64,000 bases of DNA, taken from positions 5,499 through 69,498 of IMG/VR virus record IMGVR_UViG_3300026116_000004; one strand, 5' to 3'. Both the position numbers and the translations under genes were made by a program. The notes beneath the pieces are model-generated. The model was not told the origin of the DNA, did no database searches, and saw only the letters and a program-made list of their open reading frames with translations. Shown piece after piece: positions 9,559 to 18,135 of this stretch. The DNA comes from a virus. Within the stretch, counting starts at the first letter, position 1, and every line of letters begins with the position of its first letter.

Positions 9559-10158
9559 TTACCTTCTAGCGAAGGGATTAACAATTTCAGTACCAAATAT
9601 TTCATTAGCAATAGGTTGTAAAATAGGTCTAATGTCTCTGTGAAAATCTCCTATCCACGTAATACACTGATGGTCAGAACGACCTCTTTCTTCGGGAGTA
9701 CCAAACTTTGATGTTTCTGCCGCCTTCTTGAAACCAGAATTCTCAAACATTTCGACTGCGTGAGTTTCATTATGGTTTGTAACAGCAACAATTGAACCAA
9801 CAGCAACCCACTGTGCACTTACAGGTGACTTGAGACAATGCACTAAGAGTTGCTGATTAAGTCTCAGGTTCGAGGTAATGTACTGCGAGCTTTCTTTTTG
9901 TATTTGGGTACGTAGTTTATGTCTGTTTTCACCCCACATTTCTGTAGAAGACAGATGAGAATTAAGGCTATCCGTGATATGAGCCTGGTAGACTTCCTCG
10001 TCTGAATACTTGTTTTTCATTTTTAAACGAAGGGGCTCTCCAGGTACACTTTCTCTGATAACATTACCGTACTGATCGTAGGCATAAACTATGGGAGTAT
10101 TATACACTCCGAGCAACAATCTGCCACCACAGAACAGAGGAAAAAGACACATGCGCAT
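9559..10158 (-). CDS. Hypothetical protein, degenerate GNAT-like
   Basis: FPLFCGG; IVAVTNHNE...MFENSGFKK. Confidence 0.6.
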   Translation of the reverse strand: MRMCLFPLFCGGRLLLGVYNTPIVYAYDQYGNVIRESVPGEPLRLKMKNKYSDEEVYQAHITDSLNSHLSSTEMWGENRHKLRTQIQKESSQYITSNLRLNQQLLVHCLKSPVSAQWVAVGSIVAVTNHNETHAVEMFENSGFKKAAETSKFGTPEERGRSDHQCITWIGDFHRDIRPILQPIANEIFGTEIVNPFARR

Positions 10159-10160
10159 GA

Positions 10161-10376
10161 TTAACAGGCCCTTATTTTGTCTTCGTCGAACGAAGGGATT
10201 TCGAAAATAGTATATTCTTCTTGCTTCATTTCTGGCATCTTACGGTGCTTACACACAGCCGCATGATACGAATTGAATAAACAAGAAACAGCTCGTCGGC
10301 CACTGTAGATTTGTTTCAGAGCCTGAACTGCGTGCCAATCGCTACGAGCGATTATCCATTTTTCTGCCGTTGCCAT
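10161..10376 (-). CDS. Hypothetical protein
   Basis: ORF tiling in the operon. Confidence 0.6.
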   Translation of the reverse strand: MATAEKWIIARSDWHAVQALKQIYSGRRAVSCLFNSYHAAVCKHRKMPEMKQEEYTIFEIPSFDEDKIRAC

Positions 10377-10377
10377 G

Positions 10378-10719
10378 TTAGTCTTTCACAGTGTATTCAA
10401 TTTCAATCCAATCAATGATTTCGTAGCAATGTAGCATGTCAAAGTGCTCTTTGTTCACGTAAGACTTGCCACTTATGAAAGGCATTGTGTTTTTAGCAGT
10501 TTTATACTTTAAAATAGGTATCCATGCTTTGAGAACAATAGGTTCTTTGTATTCAATCCAATATGTCTTTGCGTCATCTAAACGCAATCTATCTGAGTGA
10601 AAGTGTCCATCAGAGCCTACCCACCAGATAAGAACTGTTTGTTGGTGAATTTTAGCTACTGTCCAATGACTAGCAGAGTTTAGTGATGTGTACTCTTTAC
10701 CTTCAAGGATTTCAGTCAT
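10378..10719 (-). CDS. Hypothetical protein
   Basis: ATGA overlap with the upstream gene. Confidence 0.65.
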   Translation of the reverse strand: MTEILEGKEYTSLNSASHWTVAKIHQQTVLIWWVGSDGHFHSDRLRLDDAKTYWIEYKEPIVLKAWIPILKYKTAKNTMPFISGKSYVNKEHFDMLHCYEIIDWIEIEYTVKD

Positions 10720-11114
10720 CTTACCACTCTACCCTGCCACAAATGGCATCCATTTTCATTTACACCACATTCGGACATTTCTGTGTAGGGGAAGTGTTTA
10801 CCTCCCACATACATAGAAACTTCTAGTGGTTCTTCTTGGTTTCCAAGGACATAGGCTTTTACCACCTTTCGATGGTACATATAGCCTTCCCCTTCGAGAC
10901 GATCCAAACGAGCGAGAGTAGCATCATTGTCGCCAATGTCCCACACCTCTCCTATCGCTTTACTGTTTTCGTCTTCCTTGGCTACAGGAAAGCCATACTG
11001 GTAGAGTTTAAACCCCTCGACAACAGCGTCACCTATCTTTCTATGAGCACCTTCTGATAGGATGTAGTTATTGCCGTACCCACTTTTCAGTGTTCCATAA
11101 ACAAAAACTTTCAC
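10716..11114 (-). CDS. Gamma-glutamylcyclotransferase (AIG2/GGACT family)
   Basis: VFVYGTLK, GEVW, LDRLEG, YHR. Confidence 0.92.
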   Translation of the reverse strand: MKVFVYGTLKSGYGNNYILSEGAHRKIGDAVVEGFKLYQYGFPVAKEDENSKAIGEVWDIGDNDATLARLDRLEGEGYMYHRKVVKAYVLGNQEEPLEVSMYVGGKHFPYTEMSECGVNENGCHLWQGRVVR

Positions 11115-11344
11115 AGTTCCCTTCTTTTCCAGTTCACAGTTTGGACATTTAGAGGTTCAAAAATCTCTCCCGTTAAGGTGTAAATTGGCCCATAAGCACC
11201 TCTACCACGGGCTTCCGAATGGTGTCCATCTTGAGCCTCCGAGAGTGTATTAAACACACTAAAAATAGAGACATCGTCTCCTATGTATACCATTCTACCG
11301 TACTTCATGAGAATAACTCCAACCATTTGACATACAACCAGCAT
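11111..11344 (-). CDS. Hypothetical protein
   Basis: GTGA overlap with the GGCT gene; start uncertain. Confidence 0.5.
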   Translation of the reverse strand: MLVVCQMVGVILMKYGRMVYIGDDVSIFSVFNTLSEAQDGHHSEARGRGAYGPIYTLTGEIFEPLNVQTVNWKRREL

Positions 11345-11436
11345 CCAACACCTACAATGGTGCCAATGCCGAGTACACAGATGACACTAGTTGCAAATAT
11401 GCCACTCATGGTATCCTCTTTGATTTGAAGTGAATT

Positions 11437-11521
11437 TGGTGCCCACGGTCGGACTCGAACCGACACGCCTTACGACAAGGGATTTTAAGTCCCTCGCGCC
11501 TACCAATTACGCCACGTGGGC
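11437..11521 (-). tRNA. tRNA-Leu (anticodon UAA)
   Basis: GCCCACG acceptor stem, AGGGA-CTTAAAA-TCCCT anticodon arm, long variable arm, GGTTCGAGTCC T arm, encoded CCA. Confidence 0.97.
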
Positions 11522-11528
11522 CGGTTTC

Positions 11529-12008
11529 TTAATGGTCCGACAACAGACCTGGTTTGTCTATCTCTATTCGTATCCCAAGCCTTTCCCTTTCGGTTTCAAG
11601 GCGAGACATGAATTCTTTCGCGTCAATCAAATAGAGACGCGTTCTTGTTCCATTCTTTGCGTTAGAGGTATCACCAGCGTTCAAAAAGCCGAAAGTTTCA
11701 AGGAACCCATTGAGTTTATCAACGCCAACCAATGAAGTGGCCATGATTAAACCAAAGTGATCAATCCTAAATCTCTTTAAGACTTGGTATTCACCTGAAC
11801 TCTGTTGGTTTATCTCAAGGTGTTCAGTGCTAGATTCTGGGTCATGATGCCAGTTAACAGCCTTTACTAATTCACTAACGAAACTAGTGTAGTCTTGGTT
11901 CTGTGCTAAACTCAAATGAGAAAAATTACCCATGATGAGAGTGGAGCACATGTACGTATTATGAGCAATACGAAACTGTATACCAAAATTATTGTGATTG
12001 GAGGGCAT
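11529..12008 (-). CDS. Hypothetical protein, degenerate GNAT-like
   Basis: Likely start MPSNH (TAATG coupling to a 27-aa hydrophobic ORF at 12008-12091); LIMATS...FLETFGF...KNGTRTRLY. Confidence 0.6.
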   Translation of the reverse strand: MPSNHNNFGIQFRIAHNTYMCSTLIMGNFSHLSLAQNQDYTSFVSELVKAVNWHHDPESSTEHLEINQQSSGEYQVLKRFRIDHFGLIMATSLVGVDKLNGFLETFGFLNAGDTSNAKNGTRTRLYLIDAKEFMSRLETERERLGIRIEIDKPGLLSDH

Positions 12009-12149
12009 TAGTGTAGTCCCCATGTCGTGTAGACAATAAAAGAAAAGGAGGCTATGAAGATTAGCCAAGCGATAATTCCTTGAACGTTCATCACAGCCTC
12101 CTTAGGTTACGCAAGCCTTGGGAGGTATAGGCTCACGTGCAGTCGTCTC

Positions 12150-12683
12150 TTAAAGTTCTACGTTGAGGTTACCCTTCTTCAGGTAATATTCCTTGCCACC
12201 CTGGAGCCATTCCTCCAAGCGTTGCTGATAGTCTGCCTGGTCAACAAACCCACCTGCAACACGAGGAACGTCTCTGTTAGCATTGATGATATCTTCGATA
12301 CGATCCCAATCGGGTTCAGTATAGGAACCACGCTCAATGGTCTCGTATGGTCTTCCACGTTCAAAGCCGAGCGCAATCAAATGGTGACGCGCTTCCACTC
12401 GTACTTCGTTCTTTCGTCTGTGCTGAAGGCCCCAGAACGTGTCCATCGACTCTTTGATGAACTTTTCAGTATTCCCAGCTTCACGAACCTTTATCACCTT
12501 CACAGATGGCTCAGGAGGCTTAGGAGGCTCCACGCCCTTGGCGTGCTTCTTGCTATACCAGCATCTTAATGTCCTTGCGTTTGCAAGGTGGTGTCGTTCG
12601 GCCAAGCGGACCAACGTGCTCTCATGCGCAAGAGCAGCGATCCTTACGGTAAGAAGTGTCTTTTTCATGTTACTGTTTCCCAT
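12150..12683 (-). CDS. Hypothetical phage protein
   Basis: 177-aa ORF; EARHHLIALGFERGRPYETIE segment. Confidence 0.7.
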   Translation of the reverse strand: MGNSNMKKTLLTVRIAALAHESTLVRLAERHHLANARTLRCWYSKKHAKGVEPPKPPEPSVKVIKVREAGNTEKFIKESMDTFWGLQHRRKNEVRVEARHHLIALGFERGRPYETIERGSYTEPDWDRIEDIINANRDVPRVAGGFVDQADYQQRLEEWLQGGKEYYLKKGNLNVEL

Positions 12684-13110
12684 GGTTTTGGATCAATTCA
12701 GACGCATCACCCTTGAAGTCAATGTCAGGGAGAATTGTCTGAGGTTTGAAGACCACGCGATAGTGATATGTGCTCACATCTGCAGTCTCCATCTGTTCAG
12801 CAAAGTAAGTCACGTTGTCAGACAGACCAAGAAAGTTCTTTTTGTATGCGTTTGGTCCCGTCTTGCATGTGACAGTTACTTCACGAGCAGCGTCGTGGTT
12901 CCCAAGAGAACACAATCCCTCCATAGAGAGCATGTATTCACCTGTGATACCATTGTAGAATACGATGCGACGTTCAATCTCGAAGTTGTCAGCCGCAGTG
13001 GACAGGTTCTTTGATGCAATATCCGCATCGTTACAACCCACAAGAAGAGCACCAATGGTAAACACCATGGCGCAAAAGAGCTTCTTCTTTTTTTCTTTAG
13101 AAGACATCAT
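12670..13110 (-). CDS. Phage lipoprotein
   Basis: Basic N-terminus, hydrophobic stretch, lipobox LVGC; ASKNLS..ADNFE..RRIVFYNGIT segment. Confidence 0.8.
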   Translation of the reverse strand: MMSSKEKKKKLFCAMVFTIGALLVGCNDADIASKNLSTAADNFEIERRIVFYNGITGEYMLSMEGLCSLGNHDAAREVTVTCKTGPNAYKKNFLGLSDNVTYFAEQMETADVSTYHYRVVFKPQTILPDIDFKGDASELIQNHGKQ

Positions 13111-13298
13111 TCCCTCGCGATAGCAACGTAGATTGCAGCAAAGAAAACAACAATCCAACTAACAGGCCAAAAGAAAGCCCACGTGAGGCACCATAAGGGC
13201 CTTGCTTGGCCACGAGTTCTACTATCGTCCAACGCAAAAATAGCAAACGACACACAGAACATGACTATGTAGTGCCAAATACCAATTGCGGTTTCCAT
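13107..13298 (-). CDS. Small membrane protein
   Basis: Two hydrophobic segments; GGAGG RBS. Confidence 0.65.
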   Translation of the reverse strand: METAIGIWHYIVMFCVSFAIFALDDSRTRGQARPLWCLTWAFFWPVSWIVVFFAAIYVAIARE

Positions 13299-13496
13299 TT
13301 AACCCTCCTACGGTTTGAATTCTATCCAGCAGTAATCACCAATTTTGGAAGAGGTGACTTGCAAACGGGTAGACATACCTGCTGGTGCATATGTCGCATT
13401 CAATGTGCTCCTGGTAGGTCAGCTACGCCTACATTTTCCCAGTCGGGTAACTTGTTTCCTTAAAGCCTTTTAGAAGACAGGAGCGTTCGAATAGGC

Positions 13497-13567
13497 ATTC
13501 TCTGCTAGCCGGTAGCGCACACATTGAAGGGAAGGGGCAACTACTCTTCTTCCCACTAGCAGAGAAT
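13497..13567 (-). ncRNA. Candidate structured RNA directly 3' of tRNA-Arg
   Basis: Perfect 12-bp closing stem 13497-13508/13556-13567 enclosing two interlocked stems. Confidence 0.5.
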
Positions 13568-13568
13568 T

Positions 13569-13645
13569 TGGTGACCACAGCACGCTTCGAACGTGCAACC
13601 TACGGCTTAGAAGGCCGTTGCTCTTTCCAGTTGAGCTATGTGGCC
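13569..13645 (-). tRNA. tRNA-Arg (anticodon UCU)
   Basis: GGCCACA/TGTGGTC acceptor stem, ACGGC-CTTCTAA-GCCGT anticodon arm, GTTCGAA T loop, encoded CCA. Confidence 0.97.
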
Positions 13646-13726
13646 TTTACCATTTACACCAAAGTGGTACCGTAGCTACCACGATTAGAATTACAACACA
13701 TAATCCTATTAAAACAACGCCAATGA

Positions 13727-14092
13727 TCACCATTTTGTGTCCTCGACAGCTTTGCGTAAAGTTTCTTTGAGTAACACAAAGGTATCTTTGGCTTCCTGGC
13801 TTTGAACAATGACTTCCGCGCTTTCAGAAGCTGCGATCAAGTACATCGTTTTTGGGCTTGGACACACAACAGCTAACAACAAGAAGAAAAACCAGATACA
13901 CCAAAAGCGCCATCTAGCAACAATTTTTGCTGCTACTTCATGCGTGTCTCTTTCATAGCTATTAGCGGTCGCGAAGAAACAAAGTGTGGTAAGAGCTAAA
14001 GCAATTCCACCAAGTATTGATACAGCAGCACACAAAATACCCAAGTTGTTGAGTACATCTGCACCATATAAAAACCATGAGAGTTTATTCAT
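13727..14092 (-). CDS. Membrane protein
   Basis: Two TM segments then PSPKTMYLIAASE. Confidence 0.75.
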   Translation of the reverse strand: MNKLSWFLYGADVLNNLGILCAAVSILGGIALALTTLCFFATANSYERDTHEVAAKIVARWRFWCIWFFFLLLAVVCPSPKTMYLIAASESAEVIVQSQEAKDTFVLLKETLRKAVEDTKW

Positions 14093-14310
14093 TGTTCTGA
14101 GCCTTCTACGACCTCTGATTGAAGTCGTTTAACTTGCAGCGCACTGTATTTGTGCACACGTAGCCTACGTGGTGTACCAAGTGCTACTGAGGTGAAGTGG
14201 ATGAGCGAATTGGCATCAAATTGCTCGTTGAGTAGCTTAAAGTTAGCATCATCAACTAGCACAGTTTGCTTATCGCCATTTGCTGTGAACAGCGTTACGA
14301 AATGCATCAT
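14089..14310 (-). CDS. Hypothetical protein
   Basis: ATGA overlaps at both ends. Confidence 0.6.
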   Translation of the reverse strand: MMHFVTLFTANGDKQTVLVDDANFKLLNEQFDANSLIHFTSVALGTPRRLRVHKYSALQVKRLQSEVVEGSEQ

Positions 14311-14540
14311 GTGGGGTAAATTTCTGCTTTCTTCTTCAACTGCTTTACATCAAAGGTATGCCCAGGGCACGCACTCATAGCGCGTTCAATGGCATTTTTG
14401 CGAGTAGTATTCTTGTATGTCATGACGACATAGGGGTTACCATCGACAATAAGCTCGAAGTCCCCCCTGTGAAAGAGACGGTTCTTGGGTTCTTTGCGTT
14501 TGCGAGACACAAAGGCGCTATCAGAAATTCTCACTTTCAT
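14307..14540 (-). CDS. Hypothetical protein
   Basis: GAGGA RBS; operon tiling. Confidence 0.6.
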   Translation of the reverse strand: MKVRISDSAFVSRKRKEPKNRLFHRGDFELIVDGNPYVVMTYKNTTRKNAIERAMSACPGHTFDVKQLKKKAEIYPT

Positions 14541-14681
14541 GGAAATCCAAGTCCTCGTTACCTAAGATGATTGTTTATAGTTCCTTAGTGGGCTAACTTA
14601 CGCTGGCAAACCCATCCAGCTTTTTAAAATTTCAGTTAGCCAAGAAGTCCCTTATTTTAGTCAAACTGAAAGCGTGAACCT

Positions 14682-14906
14682 TCACGCAAGGAACGTGTAG
14701 TTGTTTCTTATATTCCGATTGAAGTAACCACCCTTCGACTCGGATTGGAGTAGTTCATCGTACACAGCACGCGGAACACCCGCGTACCTTAGAACGGCAG
14801 GATGGCCATGTGAACCCGTCGTGTGAACTGTGAGCACCTGGCCATTATCGTCATAGTCAGCCCTGTCAATTGCAAAGCTGTCTCTAATTTTTGATTTAGT
14901 TCTCAT
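14682..14906 (-). CDS. KTSC domain protein
   Basis: YD...L.V...YAGVPRAVYDELLQSESKGGYFNRNIRNNY. Confidence 0.88.
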   Translation of the reverse strand: MRTKSKIRDSFAIDRADYDDNGQVLTVHTTGSHGHPAVLRYAGVPRAVYDELLQSESKGGYFNRNIRNNYTFLA

Positions 14907-15205
14907 TTAAGCTGGCACACTCCCTAGGACAATAGCGACCAAGAGAATAAAGATCGCCAGTAAGGGATTGAACACGAAAACAATGCACGCGATCAGGATG
15001 AGTAGAAAGACAAATCCACACATGGCTATCTCTTTTTCTGAGACATGCGCTTGAGGTTAGCCACCTTTGACGCCTCGCGACGAGCAGATTTATCCTTATC
15101 CACCTTGTTGTAGTGGGGACGCCTCAGGGGCGAAAGATGTTTGTATTGATTGACGGCTTGCTTGCGTCTACGGCGGGCAGTTCTTGCAACACACATGTCC
15201 AGTCC

Positions 15206-15484
15206 TCAATGGTCAAAACGATAGATGGTGGGTGTAAAGTCTACGTGCTCAACTACGTTGGCAAAAGCCATGTAGCGATCATCACATATTTTCGCCTGGT
15301 TTAGTGCAGCTCGGGAACCCTTGAAGTCCCCCTGCTCGGCTTTCTCTTTTGCTATCTGGCGATAGTAGAAAGCTGCGACCTCCCACTCTTCTTCGTTCTC
15401 AGCGACTTCTGCGAGAGTACCCAAGAGTGAGATATCATCCACATCACCCGCAGTTACGGGCGGTCGTCCCTGTACTGTTTTCAT
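15206..15484 (-). CDS. Hypothetical protein
   Basis: AGGGG RBS; 92 aa. Confidence 0.6.
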   Translation of the reverse strand: MKTVQGRPPVTAGDVDDISLLGTLAEVAENEEEWEVAAFYYRQIAKEKAEQGDFKGSRAALNQAKICDDRYMAFANVVEHVDFTPTIYRFDH

Positions 15485-15504
15485 AGTCAGCCCCTTGTTT
15501 GTTT

Positions 15505-15687
15505 TTACTTGTCTTGCCAGTTATGGTCTGGCACGCATGTGTAACCCACGGCAACGCGGTTATCTTGTATTGTGCTGTTCAACTGAGCTTGAGTACCTGC
15601 ATACTGACAGGTGTCGAAGTCTTTGAACCAACCAAGATCAGTCATGGATACACCATTAGTGATCCACAAGAATAAAACCAATTTGAA
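15505..15687 (-). CDS. Small secreted/membrane protein
   Basis: Hydrophobic N-terminus; F....C......CVP pattern. Confidence 0.6.
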   Translation of the reverse strand, partial: FKLVLFLWITNGVSMTDLGWFKDFDTCQYAGTQAQLNSTIQDNRVAVGYTCVPDHNWQDK

Positions 15688-15826
15688 CATCACCAAGCCT
15701 CGTTTCAACCCCTGTTATGTAGTTCTTTTTTGCGTTAGAGTGATTTCAAGAGGTTACAACATTATTGTAACATTGCCACTCGCATAGCAAACTCCCTCTG
15801 TTAGAGTTCACATCCTACATTTAGAC

Positions 15827-15982
15827 ACAAAAATAGCCCCTAGTGAACACCCTGGGCGACGGAGGGACTGGAAACGTGCCAAGGTATCACTAGGGGCGTA
15901 TTCGTGGTAAACTAGGAGGGGGATAGACAGTGCGCGAGTTAGGGAACACGCACATGATTACCTAGTCAATCGACCACGAACC
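15827..15982 (-). ncRNA. Candidate sRNA: two long hairpins with C-rich (anti-SD) loops and a U-tail
   Basis: Stems 15901-15908/15973-15980, 15911-15916/15961-15966, 15930-15934/15949-15953 and 15836-15846/15887-15897. Confidence 0.6.
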
Positions 15983-16576
15983 TGTTTATTCCGAATTTCG
16001 TTGAGCCTTTTAAAGACATGCTCAGGTCTGTTTTAGAGAATTTCTTGCTGGCCCTACCGGCTAACTGCTACAGGTCAACTGTTTGTGCGGACGGGCAAAG
16101 GCTTCTCTGTTTACCTAGGTTCTATTCGGACACGCTCCGGGTGAGTTGTTGCCCTACCCAAGGGCTCAATTTATCTCTATCAGGTTTTTTCAAGTGGACA
16201 GTTTAACCACATTTCCAGGTGGTATCTCTATCTGTGCCGATGCTTTTTTGGTCTTAATTTTATGTTCTAGCGCCTAGACCTAGCGCTCAACTACACAGCA
16301 TTCTAGTTGTATAATCCACGGCGATCGTTCTCCTACAAAATACCCATGTCCATGACCACTTCTATAAACAAACATGGGCGAACCAAATATTTACCAAATA
16401 GGTGTTGCCTAGTGAAACATGCGGCAGGAGAATGGAAGGTCAACCCGCCACTTGCCCAAATCACACTTAGCATTGTGTTCCTTTTTTCATTCCATTGGAA
16501 TTACTTGGTTCACTCTGCCACCTTCCTTGGCCGTATTAGGTACCATTCTGAAATGTGACTAGTTAACACTAGACAA

Positions 16577-16612
16577 CAAAAAACCCCACCGGACGAACCT
16601 AGTGGGGTTTTC
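16577..16612 (-). terminator. Intrinsic terminator (possibly bidirectional)
   Basis: AAAACCCCAC/GTGGGGTTTT inverted repeat flanked by A/T runs. Confidence 0.8.
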
Positions 16613-16646
16613 AACTGCCTAGAGGCACGTCTCTTGGACGAATTGG

Positions 16647-17225
16647 CTAGTCTTTGTTAGACTTAAATGGAAGAAATACTGTACCCTTTTTTTCATTCGG
16701 GTTTTTAACAGTTATTTTTTCTTTAGGTGGTGCTCCCGTTTGAGTAAAAGGCATGTACTTCTTTACCGTTCCATCTTTTGCAAACGACCTATACTTAAAG
16801 TCGTCTGGTTCAGGATGAAAACCATCATTACCAGTTGCGATTGTAACGGGTTTAGGTTTGATCTTTGCTCGTTTATCTTCAACGTTCTTGATGTGCATTG
16901 CCATTTCTTCCTTCAAAGTTTGTTTACGCTTTACAACTGCATCGTCCAAACCTTGGAGTTTATTCATCCGTTTTTGCATGATGAAATAAAGCTTATTTTT
17001 GTTCAATATAGAACGCTCTATTTCCGCACGCTGTACAGGTTCCCTAATCCCACGATGGATCAAGTGTTTTATTTGTGCTTCCACTTGTTTCATCTTTCGG
17101 GCAAGCTTGTGAATTTGTTCCTTTATAGGGACTTCCTTCACGTTTAATTCCAGGTGCCCTCTCATTTGGCCACTAAATGACCTTTGATGGGTAACGTCTT
17201 TCCAGTCTCTTGAAATCTTTGTCAT
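16647..17225 (-). CDS. Hypothetical basic coiled-coil protein
   Basis: Likely start MTKIS after GGA; lies between two terminators. Confidence 0.7.
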   Translation of the reverse strand: MTKISRDWKDVTHQRSFSGQMRGHLELNVKEVPIKEQIHKLARKMKQVEAQIKHLIHRGIREPVQRAEIERSILNKNKLYFIMQKRMNKLQGLDDAVVKRKQTLKEEMAMHIKNVEDKRAKIKPKPVTIATGNDGFHPEPDDFKYRSFAKDGTVKKYMPFTQTGAPPKEKITVKNPNEKKGTVFLPFKSNKD

Positions 17226-17265
17226 TGGTTTTTCCAGTCCCAAGTTTTCAAAGGTATTTAAACGC

Positions 17266-17311
17266 AAAAAACCCCACGCCAAGACAATGAAGCCTTGAAA
17301 CGTGGGGTTTC
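17266..17311 (-). terminator. Intrinsic terminator
   Basis: AAACCCCACG/CGTGGGGTTT stem with a U-run on the minus strand, just after the stop of 17329..18135. Confidence 0.8.
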
Positions 17312-17328
17312 TTTAGTTCACGTTGCCG

Positions 17329-18135
17329 TTAAGCCGAAACGCGATTTTCGCTTTCCGTTGCAGGCTTATTGCCGCCGGTCTGACCGACAGCCGTATCGGT
17401 TTCTTCCGAGATTTCTTCCTTCGGAATAGACTTGCCAGCGGCTTCACTTGCCGTTGCCAAATCATCGATTTCCTTCCGGCTCTTTGCGTCAAGCGGGCTG
17501 GAATTGACCATACGCAGAAGTTCGACGCGACCCATGCCGGAATGAGGCAAGTCTTTCGCAATGCGCTTGAAGGCCGAGATAAGGCCAGAAAGTGCCTTTG
17601 CCGGCGTGAGAACGTTGTCGGTTGCCGCCTGTTGAGGCGTAACCCAAGCAATCTCACGAAACTCGCCTTCGGTCTTGGAACGAGCATTCTTAAGCCCGTC
17701 CTTGATCGCTTGCGCAATTTCCGGCTTGTCCGACTTGTTAATGGTGAAAAACTCGCCGGTGTTCTTGCCGTCCTTCATAGGCTTGGCCGTGAACTTGAAG
17801 AAAGGAACCGGGCGGACTTTCCACTTGGTTTCATCTTCGGGATCACGCTGGCCGCCGATGCCATACGCATCCATCACGTTGTTGACGTAATAGGCGCGAA
17901 AGGCCAAACTGTCCTTCGGATGCATTTCCGAAAACAGCATGTTCATGTAAACGCAGCGTCCGTGCTGTATGGCGAACCAAACAGCCGCAGCGGCGCCATC
18001 GGCGATTGTATTGAAGCTTTCGTGTGACGCTTTGACGGCAAGGCCGACAAGACGCTTCACGCGTTGCTCTTCGGTTTCCTGCTTACCCTTGTCGACATTG
18101 GCCGCACGGGTTGTAGCAATTGAGACCTTAGCCAT
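17329..18135 (-). CDS. Hypothetical early protein, probably highly expressed
   Basis: GGAAGGA RBS; GC3-rich codons; own terminator. Confidence 0.85.
   Translation of the reverse strand: MAKVSIATTRAANVDKGKQETEEQRVKRLVGLAVKASHESFNTIADGAAAAVWFAIQHGRCVYMNMLFSEMHPKDSLAFRAYYVNNVMDAYGIGGQRDPEDETKWKVRPVPFFKFTAKPMKDGKNTGEFFTINKSDKPEIAQAIKDGLKNARSKTEGEFREIAWVTPQQAATDNVLTPAKALSGLISAFKRIAKDLPHSGMGRVELLRMVNSSPLDAKSRKEIDDLATASEAAGKSIPKEEISEETDTAVGQTGGNKPATESENRVSA

Noticed and set aside
11430-11735. Plus-strand 101-aa ORF
   Set aside because: Antisense to tRNA-Leu; its N-terminus is the typical tRNA mistranslation (VGLEPT)
13497-13567. Theta (HDV-like) ribozyme after tRNA-Arg
   Set aside because: No P3/L3 or P1.1 elements in the required order; kept only as an unknown structured RNA
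17323-18027. 234-aa plus-strand ORF
   Set aside because: Antisense shadow of the codon-biased gene 17329-18135; no RBS and opposite to the local transcription direction
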